Shown here one piece after another: positions 51,566-63,059 of a stretch of 64,000 nucleotides of DNA (the first letter of the stretch is position 1; every line of letters begins with the position of its first letter). Origin of the DNA: Styela clava (Eukaryota). The stretch is from positions 13,888,001 to 13,952,000 of the forward strand of contig NC_135262.1 of assembly GCF_964204865.1 (NCBI RefSeq). The letters run 5' to 3'. The position numbers were made by a program, and so were the translations under genes. The notes below the pieces were generated by a model, which was given only the letters and a program-made list of their open reading frames with translations, was not told where the DNA came from and did no database searches.

Positions 51566-51885
51566 GTTTCAGAAAACTCTGATTGTGATGAAAAAGCTTC
51601 ATCCATTTCACCCTTTTTAGTGGGACTTTTGAGGCCTGTTATAGTTCTGTTCATTACTGTTATTTTAGCGTTCCGTGCTTTTATTACACGCTCCTGTCGT
51701 TTGTAACTGCTTTCCATTCTTTTAATCAAAGCTGCAATACGAGCTGCAGACGCTGATACTTGTTGTGTTGCTAAAATAGCGTACTGGCTGTCGTACCCTT
51801 TTTTACGAAGGTGGTCGGCAAGTGCTTCTACGGAATCTTTTATGAATTCTGCATCACGTTTACAATCTTTGAAATACGCCGTCAT
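51517..51885 (-). CDS. Antisense ORF inside the Helentron, probably helical/coiled-coil, 3' truncated
   Basis: 122-codon ORF (MTAYFKDCKRDAEFIKDSVEALADHLRKKG...) starting ~235 bp from the element 3' end, convergent on Rep. Confidence 0.45.
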   Translation of the reverse strand: MTAYFKDCKRDAEFIKDSVEALADHLRKKGYDSQYAILATQQVSASAARIAALIKRMESSYKRQERVIKARNAKITVMNRTITGLKSPTKKGEMDEAFSSQSEFSETQGSQDIWCISRMFLL

Positions 51886-53560
51886 TGCCCCGCAACAAAT
51901 AATCGTCAGCTAGTGCAAAACCTACTCGCCTCTCGCCTATTTCTTGCGAGGAAATTTTCATGAATTCACTTCCAAGCGCACAAATTAAAGAGATTTAAAT
52001 CTGAACGAAGTTAGGCCGACCACTAAAGTGCTACAGAGACTAAAATAAATTGGATCCTCGCGATATACTGTATGCCGCGGGCCTGGGTGTCAGCGGAGAT
52101 CCTGGACGCCTACCGGCTTGTACTTATTTACTAAGTACTAAAAGAAGTTTTTTTTATAGTCTTTACTTTGTTCATTGCCGGAAAAGCCATAATAAAATTT
52201 TTTTTAAATTGTAATTTAAGAGTTTTTATATAAAGATTCTTCAAAAAACATAAACAATTATTGCTTTGTAATAAAACTTTAATTTATTTTCAAGTTGGCA
52301 ACCATGACGTTCAAGCTTAAAAAAAGATACCTGCCTATTCGAATAAATCAAACTAGATATAACATGATTTATCTAAGAAGCACGCACCATGTAAATAAAA
52401 TAAGATATTACTCTCGTTGAATTTAAACTATTCAATAGATAGGACAGTAAACTTTGCCATCATTTCTAAGATTTTCAGGTCAAAATTGCCCGTACTATTT
52501 CATAATTTTTATTTCAAAATCAATGTGCAATTTTGTGATTTGTCATATTATTTCCTATAACTACATACTTTAATTTCGCCATTGCTATCAACACACTACA
52601 TATTGAAAGCACTTAGTGAGTTGGGAAATTACCTTAACAGAGAATTCAGTTTTGACAAAACATTGTAATCGATACCTCAAGCAACTGTGATGGGCATTTC
52701 CTAACAATTATGTCTAAGCCGAGAGATTTTGAATTGAACAGAAACAGTACAAAATCAAGACAGCGGAAAAAATAAACATGTATGTAAAATGATAATTTTT
52801 TGTATCATATATTGAAGCATTTTTCTTATCTTTGTGATATTTCATGAAACGAGTCCGTTGTAATACTAACCTAATGGTAAAAGTGCGCGTATTTTTTATC
52901 TTTGATTGAAACCTTCTATTGGAAAAGAAATGGTCGCAAGATGATCAAAAAATCGAACTCTTCTAAACTGATGGTGATTTTAATAGCCAAGGAAAGTCGG
53001 GTTTAGTAAAAATATAATTGGCTATGAATATTGCCGGACAAAATGTTAGACGTTTAAAATGAATTCCATTTTTCTAATATTTAAACATCACAATACAATT
53101 TTAAACGAACTAAAGATCGTGACAAAAAGTGTGACGTTATATATTGAAATAACATGTGATTAATGGATAGGCAAATGCTTGGTATACTACAGGCAATCAT
53201 TTAGGGTGTACAACTAACATAAATGAGATTGAGATAATCGCATGTAGCAGACGATTAAATAACAACAGGCAAGATACCATGCATGTAGTAATATTTCGTC
53301 AAGTATTAATGAAATACTTTCTTGCTTTAATTTGATTCCAGTGTTTTCTACGCGTCGCAAACTTAAGAGATATATTGTTAGAAAAACTTTAGTGAAATAT
53401 ACCAGAAGAATTAAATAAAAAATTACCGTTTTGACATTTAGTACGCAGTTTTCTAAGTAGGGTACACAACAGCTAATCAAAAAACTATTTGAGGCTCACG
53501 AATTTAATTTCATTGTATTCTCTTTGTATTTTGTTATGGAAGTTGAAGAAGCGTAACAAA

Positions 53561-54708
53561 ATGAGTATTTCTCAACTTATGATAATCTACACATTCTGTT
53601 TTTCTGCATTTCTTTTGACATATTCAGCATCAAACAGTGTAAGTACTATTATACGAATTTTATAACTACCTAAAATATTTTAATTGGATTAAATAGCTGT
53701 ATTGGAAAGATCAAAATCATTGACTCGATTCGAGTTGAAATGGAGTCACCATTAATCAAAAACTCTAAGTACCTCGACGCGTTTGAATGGAATAACTTGA
53801 ACATGTCATCATTCATTCGCCAGTGAGACTCAACTTAGTGATAGAATCGACTTCGGGTCGGACTCGTCACGTAAATAATTGTACTATAGACCTGACTCAC
53901 GGGTTTAAATAATTCTACCAAGCACTGTACTTACACAATTACATTTTAAATCATATTCACAATTTCTTCAAACACCCATAGACTGCCTGTCATCTTCCCA
54001 TATTTGCTGTCCATGATAATGAAATCGTTCAAAGTTACGAGCCTGCGTCTTACAAGATCAGTGAATGACGACTAATATAAAAGTGGAAGTGTACATAACT
54101 ATTAAATATATCCGAATTTCCTTTGTTAGTTGTCGTCGTATTTGAACTTTCAGTATATTAACCATAAATATTGTTTTAACTCTAGACCCCAAAACCAGAT
54201 ATCTCTGAACTTAAAAACTCAACGAAATGTGCTCGGAGTTTAAAATTAAACAGCACTGATAATAGAAACAGCTCCACGTGCTCCGAAAAGCCCACAGATC
54301 GGGGTTGGATTGTAGCTGCAGTATTTGGTGGCATAGTAGGTGAGAAAAAGTACAAATTATTGAAGATATGCTAAATTTATGTAAACGAGGTAAACCGAAT
54401 AACGAATGGCGTTAGTTTATTAACAGACACTTTGTAGTTATATTTTTTTGCATTGTTCTATTGTTTAATAACTAGATGTAACACAGCAAGGATTTCTATA
54501 CATATTGGGGATTTCGAATTATCCATAAAATTGCGTTAAATTCTATTTTCTTTTAGTTCTTTTCATAATTGCGATAATATACCAAGTAATATGTAACAAA
54601 GAACTATCAGATTCAGGAGGAGGAGGAACAAGAGGAGGAGGTGGTGGATTGAGTTTTGGTGGCGGGGGGTTCTCTCCTGGAAGAGGAGGCGGCGGGGGTT
54701 GTGGATGA
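53561..54708 (+). CDS. Micro-receptor M6, 127 aa, Gly-rich tail
   Basis: Exons 53561-53638, 54186-54339, 54557-54708: MSISQLMIIYTFCFSAFLLTYSASNS | TPKPDISELKNSTKCARSLKLNSTDNRNSSTCSEKPTDRGWIVAAVFGGIV | VLFIIAIIYQVICNKELSDSGGGGTRGGGGGLSFGGGGFSPGRGGGGGCG*. Confidence 0.9.
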
Positions 54709-57563
54709 AGATATTTTGATTTGGGTTTTTTATAAATATGAAACAATATAATTATCATCAAGCACAGTTTTATTCACACCTCTTTATGTATTTTCTAAAT
54801 GCTTTAATCAATGTATAATCAACGTTCCAATTTAAACTAGACGAGTTATAAAAACGGTAGAATCTATATATCATTGGTCATTCCGTACATTCTCATTTTA
54901 AACATTACTTCATTATTATTCGTTTTGTGTGCATCATAATGACATTTACACAATTTACATATGATATATTTTCACTTCAATAAAATGATAAAAATAGGGA
55001 ATTGTGTGTAAATTGGTGTTTGGTGCGAAAGGCAGGGATAGGTATATGTATGACCACCGCCGTATATATCCACAGCAGTTTCCATAACACAGACACATTT
55101 ATGCCTGCCACACGAATATAATACTCAAAACAATATAGCAATTTGAATATTGTTTTTTTTGTTTCGGGACACCCCATGATGTTCAAGCTTATAGAAAAGA
55201 TAACTGCTTATTTCAATAAAGTCAAACCAAATATATCATGATTAATATAAAAAACACGTTCCATGTAAATAAAATAAAATATTACACTAATTGAATTTGA
55301 ACTATTCAATAGAAAGAACAGTAAACTTTGCCAGCATTCCTATGATTTTCAGGTCAAAATTGCTTGAACTAGTTCACAATTTTAAAATAAATGTGCAATT
55401 TGGGTATTGTAAAATTATTTTCATACCTAAATCCTTTGATTTCGAAATAAATTATTCTTACAAAAACAAGAATTTGCAATTTTGGATGAAATAGTAAACG
55501 TGAATAAAATGAAAAATGTCATCGACATGCAATCAACACAATACTGATTGATAGCCTGGAAGTTAATGAGTAGAGAAATAACCTACACAGATTATTTAGT
55601 TTTGACATAACCTGTCAATCGATACCACGAGCAACTGTGATGGGGCATTTCCTAACAATTTTGTCCAAGTCGAGAGACTTAGAACCCAGAACAATACAAA
55701 ATCAAGACAGCGGAAATATAAAATTATAATTTTAGGTAGCATTGAAACAGATTTTTTTTTCTATGCCGCATTTCATGAAACGAGCGCGTTGAAAAACTAA
55801 CTTGAAGGTACAAGTGCGCGTATTTCGTCTTTGATTAAAACTTCTTGTTGGAAAAGAAATGGTCGCAAGATGATCAAAACTATTTAAAACTAATTGTGCT
55901 TTTACTAGACTAGCATAGTCAGGTCTAATATTTATATATTTGGTTATGAATATTGCCGGACAAAATGTAAGACGTTTAAAATGAATTCTATTTTTCCGAT
56001 ATTGAACATCACAATACCATTTGATCTAAAATCGTGACAAAAAGTGTGACGTCATATATTAAAATGACATACGACTGATGGACAGCCAGACTCAGTATCG
56101 ACAATCATTGAGCGTGTACAACGAATGTAAATATCTTTATAAAAATGTCAAAGCCAAGTTGAGAGACATAAAATAAAAATGTTTGTAAGCTAACAATTGA
56201 AGAACAGATAGATACCATACCAGCAGTGAAATTTATTCAAGTTACTGAAGTTATTTAATATTATGAAGTTACTTTATTACTTTAATTTGATTTCATTATG
56301 GAAAATTAACAACATATGATTTACTAGGTATCGCTATTTTAAAAGATATATTGATAGGAATACTTTAATCAATTATACCAGGAAAATTAAATAAATTGAC
56401 GTTTTGACATTTAATTAATGTCATATTATAATTACGTATGTGTCAAGTCTTGCGTCCTGGTGGACATTGGCGTTAGTTTTTTTTTATTTATCGCAGAATT
56501 GTGGTGCGTTCTGTTCGACGAACTCGAAAGATATTTCGCGATTATCGGGGATGAACGCTGATCGCAATTATAGGAATGAATTTGGAGCCTAAATTTGCAA
56601 ATTATTTTCATTTTGATTGCTTTCTTTCGTATCGGCCTTGATTGTCTTTATCGTCAACGTAAAATAAATACCAATAACTTTAGTACTGGCTCAGGGACTC
56701 ATTTTATGTTTGTATTTTTGTTTATGTTATGTTTTCCTTAAGTAAGATTTCGGCAATGTCGTCAATGCGTATCCGCAAATAATTATATTAAAATTGACTT
56801 AATGTCATTACTACATATTCAATTTAGTATATATCTATGTGTCCAGTAATCTTTGTACTGTTATTTTATTAAATACTTGTATTGATGTTTCAAAATTTAC
56901 AAAACGGCGCACTAAACTTGATATTCCCGCGACATTGGCGCACACTATGCTCATTTAAACTTTGAGACAGTATCATAGACACTGCAAATTAATGAATTAA
57001 TGAATCTCTATAACACAAATAATACTATCAGTTTAGACGTTTTTGTTTATTATTGGAAACTGTGTCTAGATTCTTGTGTGGTCTTCAGAAATTCGCGAGT
57101 GTTATGTCATTAATGATTCTTTGATTTGGCGACCCGCGAGTGTCATGTCCCCGACCCGTGTTACCAGATATTCGAATCGTAAACTGCTATTCTAATATTC
57201 GATTTGATATTGGAATAAAGTATATTATGTGAAGTATACCGAAATCAGGACTTAGCTGGTATTTAAAGTTTGGTATGTTTGCATCCCGGAACGAATTTCG
57301 TCACGTGAAAGAGGAAAAAGGTTTGGCAGGCCTGGGCAGGGTATCTGAAATTTCAGAATTGCCATGGAAACGAAGTTGCCATCAACCATTACCACCAAAA
57401 GGACATTACTGACCATCTTTAAAAAATGAAACGGAATGCATACGTAAATAATTTTATTTATAAGTAATTGCTTGTCAAAATGGCTCTGATAGTTGTGTTT
57501 GATAGTTGGATTTATTGATTGTGATATGATATTTTTCCAGTAGTTTCATATTCCATATTAAAA

Positions 57564-57803
57564 CAAACCGGTAGCCACGCAGGATCTCCATTGATATATG
57601 AACGATCTTCTAACGATCGGCGCGTTTTTCCCTGATGCCATGTGGTGAAACGCACATTACCAGGGTGACAGCATAACCGCGTAAAAAATTGGAACCAGAT
57701 TGTCCCAGCTGAACGCTATAGCTAGACACACAGACAAACAGCCAGACGAGATAGCACAACTGAGGATAAGGATCTACAAGAGAAAAGGGTCTACGGAGAT
57801 CCA
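57564..57803 (-). mobile_element. Short HINE-like Helentron derivative
   Basis: Reverse complement 3' end caatggagatcctgcgtggctaccggtttg vs Helentron cagcggagatcctggacgcctaccggcttg; shares core 'cattac.aggg.gacag'; same left flank as the 48073 copy. Confidence 0.75.
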
Positions 57804-58648
57804 GGGAATACAAAAAAATTTACGTTCATAGTTTTATGTGGCTGGACTGAACCAACATATCCGAAGATGCCCAATCAAATCAAAATTGCAAGTTCCACAT
57901 GAATCAATTTGCTCTTTATTAAAAAAGTTGCAAGAATCACTGAATATCAATCACTAGAAAATGCGGTGACGAACCATATATATGACTTCAAGTCAATTTA
58001 CTAGACAATCGATCAAACCGAATATTATCATTTTACCGAAAAATGATTTTTAATGAGAAAAATAAGTTCTATTTTACCACTTTTTACTTATTATTCTGTT
58101 CTTTTTTAGTATTATAATATTGTATGAAATAAGGAATTAGTCTCCTTCAAATTTAAAAAAAAAAAAAAATTTTTATACAAAGATTCGGTCAAATATAAAA
58201 CATGACAAAATAATATGACGCAATCTCAAGTGTTAAAAATATATTACTCACAAATAGCCTCGAGGTTATCAATCGGGAAATCACCTTTAAAGAGAATTTT
58301 TTTTATAATTTGTGTGAAACAACGTGAGACTGGCCGCGCTTATATTTAGGCTGAACCTTCAAGTGGAAATTTCCACAAAAAAGTTAGAAGTATATAAGAT
58401 AACAGTTGTCTAAAACAATTATTTGAGTAGGAGCAAACAGTATCAATTGTTGTAGATAGAATCACTTTATATTAAGCTGTGTGGTATGTTTAGTCAGATG
58501 TATGTTTAGTCAGACAGTAATAGTGCTTTAGATTAAATAAGATAGTACCAACTTCCAAGATAATAAAAAAAAAACACCAAAATATTATCTGATATAAAAT
58601 AATTTCTTTTTTATCCTGCTTAGCTTTGCAAATAGTATAAGTCAGAAT

Positions 58649-60267
58649 ATGGAATCAAGTCAAGACTGTGGCAAAGTTTTGAAAGCTAAAACAATCTACA
58701 CATTAATTTTTGTTATATTTTTATCGACATATCCAGCTTCAACTATTGTAAGTATCAGAATAATTTGTGAAGTTCTATTACTAGATTTGGACTCTACAGA
58801 TTAGGATTAAACTAAATTGTATCAGAACGTAAATGATAAAGTTATAGTATATCAGAATGAAATATTTTCAATAAATATTTGTATAAATCTGATTAGAGTA
58901 TATTGAACACTGTTCCATTTTTAATGAATACATAAATACACATATTCTGACGTTAATGGCACTATAACAAGAAACTTTTTTTTTTAAATTCAAGACGAAT
59001 GATGTAGCCTACCTTAATAGGTATTTTGTTTTAGCCATAAGGAATTTGATAAACCTTAGAAATAATTTTTAAATAAACATTTATACAGAGAGAAGAACAT
59101 TTAAATGCATCCACACAACAGAATTCAACAATGTGTGTACAATGCACAAATTCAAATTGCACAAGGAATAGAAATGAATCTATGTGTCAAGGTACAACTA
59201 AGTATCGCGTTTGGATTGCAGGCGCTGTTGTTGGGGGTTTAATCGGTTAGTAATAAAAAATGTTATAGCATTAGCAATTTAAGGATTTAGAAAAATATAC
59301 CCAGAAAAGAAATCTAAGTGTCAATAATTTTTGAACATACAAAAATCTTTAACCTGACATTTTCAATAGAAATGCCATTTTTGTTTCAAATTACCATGTT
59401 GTGGATTGAATGTCGAGTCAAATTGATCACATTCGTTAGTCTAAGAGATAAAATAGTGTTATTATGTAATAAAAACGCCTCTCATTTGTAGATTCTCATT
59501 TTCAGCTCTCCTCGTGATAATTTCTGCTTTAAAAAACTGCCGTCAAGTGAGTACAAATGTTTTTTGAACTTTCTTTAAAGCTTCATAAAATACAACAAGT
59601 AAAATAAATAGAAAATTTTCAACAAGTGTTTATGATTATACATTGTTTTCAACAAAACTATTATATTGAATTCGGTGCGAGTTTCACGCCCTTACCCCAA
59701 CCAGGAATTGAATAATTTATTAAGAATCATATTATGAAATAAAATAATCATATTCGTCCGGAAATAAAACGATATTTTGCAAATACATTTGTAACTGCTT
59801 TTACCTATACTAGTTTGAAAATACGGCGCGCAACACTTACAAAGATTCATAATTGATAATAGTGTTAATAACTAATAGTATTTTATAATCCAAAATAAAT
59901 ATTTGGATATTTCAATAAAAAGAAATTGTCATTTTAACAGGTAATTTGTTCAAAAAGTGATATACGATTAGGAAATTCAGGAAACTCAGTTGTCCAGTTT
60001 TGGGCACCGAGCAATGGATATAACAACAGAACGCAAAATCACACCTTGCAATCGAGTTCAACTACAAATAATCACTTTGCAGCAGACAGCACAAGCAATT
60101 GCAACGTAATAAGCAATCATTGTTTGCCTCATGGTGGAAACTATGATGTTGGTTGCCATTCAGGAGGATTCGAATCGAGTGGAGGCGGAGGTGGCGGATG
60201 CAGTTTTAGTGGCGGAGGAGGATGTGATTCTGGGGGCGGGGGTTGTGATGGAGGAGGGGGTTTTTAA
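58649..60267 (+). CDS. Micro-receptor M7, 207 aa, 4-Cys ectodomain, long Gly/Cys tail
   Basis: Exons 58649-58747, 59089-59245 (REEHLNASTQQNSTMCVQCTNSNCTRNRNESMCQGTTKYRVWIAGAVVGGLI), 59506-59546 (ALLVIISALKNCRQ), 59941-60267 (...GGGGGGCSFSGGGGCDSGGGGCDGGGGF*). Confidence 0.88.
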
Positions 60268-61710
60268 ATAATAGGAACTGAGTTTACTGTACAAATATAT
60301 TTTAAAACTACAATGTAGTTTATGCAATGTAAATATTTACTTATATTTTAACCCTATTAGAAAATCCGCATTTGTCTCAATGTTTAGTACTGAAACATGT
60401 TGCAATTTCTCTCGATATTTTGTTTTATTGCTACATTTATTAACAGCTTTTATTTTGAATAAAATGAGTCGTCCTCAATAACTGATTATTCATGCATTGA
60501 TTACAATAGTTTGTTATTTAGGCGCATTTTTAATAACTTGAGCTATATAAAATTTACCAGGGTCAATTTTCATTGCGGGGTACGTTTTAGCGCATCCGTA
60601 AGGGATGACCTTATCGGTAAGGCATTTTTAACTCTTGCTGATAGGCCCCGCCCTCTTCATACAACGTCAAAAATCTGTCCTAATGGGCAAGTGTTTCCAC
60701 TTTCGGATAAAAGTTTGTATTATTCAATATTGATTTGCATTTACTTTAAAAATATTATGAAGTATCAATATTGTCGAAAAATAAAAGTACATTTCAAGAA
60801 AAGTGGTTACTTTTGTCCCAAAATTATAACCTCAAAGTTAATCGACCAAATATATATATACTTTTACACATACTTCAATTTTGTTCAAAAATTAACAACA
60901 TGAAATTTCAATGTTTAGGCATTAATTAAAGTATACCTGGTCCATATGTTGGGTTTCGGGCGCCAAACTTGTGTTCTCGTTCAACGTATTAGTGATATTG
61001 GTGTTGTTACAAAAAAGGGAGGCTGAAATGCTATCGTGAGTTCCGATATAAATTCCAATTCTATCAATACGTTAGACACGGTTGAGTGGTTGATAAAATG
61101 AAATTTGTCGATTGAATGTTATAACACGATGCTAATCATGCGCATAAAAATGATTCTATTATTTATATGTTGTCGATATGTGAGAAAGCGATTTTGCATT
61201 CGTAACGCGCTAACGTAATGTAAAGATAACATTTTACGAAGAACTGGAGTTAACCTACTTGCACTATTTGACAAAAATTGTGCTAGACAGACATTTTCAC
61301 GAATTGGTAATGATTCATCGAAAAACAAATATGATCAATAGTTTATGAGACAGAAAATAGTTTATTGATTTTGTGGAAATGACTAAAAATTATTACTAAA
61401 TATTACTGCAATAAGTTAACACAGAAAGCATATGTGTTGTATTACAATGCAGGAAGTTTTATTTTATCATTTAAATAAAAATATGATGGGAAAACATTGT
61501 ATGCATACTTTAGGAAGGTAATATATTGGATATTATCAGTTTGATCAAATCAGTAATTTGTGTCGAATTGGCCACAATTCAAGAGGCAAATATTGGTCAA
61601 AGATTAGTAAAATATTGTCCCTTATGCGCAAACGTGTATCATGTTTTTTTTTAATTATGCTCTTCTTATATAGAGTTAATACGCTACAAATACATATATA
61701 AAATAGGGTT

Positions 61711-63059
61711 ATGTTTTATGCAGTCAGAACCATCTCAATAACAACGTTATTTCTAGCATTGGAAATTACAGCAAGTAGCAATGTAAGTATATACAATTTA
61801 ATAATACTTATTTACTAAGTACTGAAAGAAGTATTTGCAGTCTCTATTTGTTAATTGTCGGGAAGAGACATATTAAAATTTTGCCTCCGTTGTGAGTTGT
61901 AACAATGAAATCTTTTTATGTAAGATTATTTCACTAAACTTGAAAAAAATGTATTGCTTGGTCATAAAACTCCAATAATTTCAAGTTGCTTACAATAAGT
62001 TTAATGCACTCTTATTCATAATATATTCATTATAATTCACATGCATCTTGGCACTGCTGAGTCATAGTCTGAAATGGTTATGAATTCATTTTTAAAATGC
62101 GCTCCTATGCACAGTGGTAAAATCCTTTTTATTTTTTATTTTTTCAAAATTCTTGGTTAATTAGGTCTTGTCTGTGTTATATATTTTTTAGAAAAACAAA
62201 GCAGGTGGAGTTTATACCATAAATTCAACGCATTGTGAATATTGCTACAACACTACTTGTAAAATAAGACACGATGCCATATGTGGTAACTACAATCTAT
62301 CAGATAACAAAGCTATTGGGATAGGCATATCAGTCGGAGTTGTTGGTAAGCACGAAACACAAAATTAAAATTATTTTTAACAAGGAAGTAATTTGAATTG
62401 GAAAACACAATGGATGTGTTCATACATTAAGTTTGAAGTCGCTTCATGTCCACAACCTGCTATGCTCTGATAACGCAAAACTAGACGTGATTTAATTTTG
62501 GTTATTATTAGAGTAGAGAATTGATAGATAATCTTTTACTAAAACAGCAAATAACATATAGCATTGGCTTCGTCTTGATTTTTTTTTCCGATTTCCAATT
62601 TATTCTTCTGCAAGTGATTTCAAATTTTAAAGAAGAGAAAGGGAGTTGGTTGCAATAAAATGTCAAAATATGAATTTCGTAATTATGCTGTTAAGTAAAA
62701 TAACCTAATATAAAAAATTAATATTGCTGAATTGTCAAAGTAAAGTATGTTTACTGTTCATAATATTCACGAAACAATATAGCAGTACTGTCCCACAGGC
62801 TTTAAAAGTCTTCCGCTGCAGTTAACAATCTGAGACAACCCAATCAGAATAAGCCCAAACCAATGAGAAAATCCTGGTGAATCTCAAATAATTTACTCGC
62901 TTTAGAGGCGCACGATTCAAATTTAATTTTGTGATTGTGTTTTCTGTTTCTACTCATTGCTTTCTAGTATATTTAAAAAAGAACTTTTTTTTCCAGAGCG
63001 CTATTGTTATCATGTGCTTTTATGTTTCAGGTTTTATTCTGATCGTCTGGCTATGTAAT
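61711..63059 (+). CDS. Micro-receptor M8 (last exon not found, probably beyond the window)
   Basis: Exons 61711-61782 (MFYAVRTISITTLFLALEITASSN), 62192-62345 (KNKAGGVYTINSTHCEYCYNTTCKIRHDAICGNYNLSDNKAIGIGISVGVV), 63031-63059 (GFILIVWLCN, donor gtgagt). Confidence 0.82.

Larger units (their letters stand above)
49476..52120 (+). mobile_element. Internally deleted Helentron (Helitron2-type rolling-circle transposon)
   Basis: Asymmetric sub-terminal inverted repeats ggatctccgct (5') / agcggagatcc (~52072), 5' hairpin, (CTGT)n microsatellite at ~49563 and ~50085, HUH Rep fragment, no TSD; empty site aataa|tacttattt seen in the paralog at ~61800. Confidence 0.88.
44250..62000. repeat. Mosaic segmental duplications within the micro-receptor array
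   Basis: Spacer ~44600-45990 recurs at ~52300-53560 and ~55180-56410; ~47880-49200 matches ~57390-58910; 49250-49477 plus 52121-52300 matches ~61545-61990; 44248-44560 matches 54709-54990. Confidence 0.85.
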
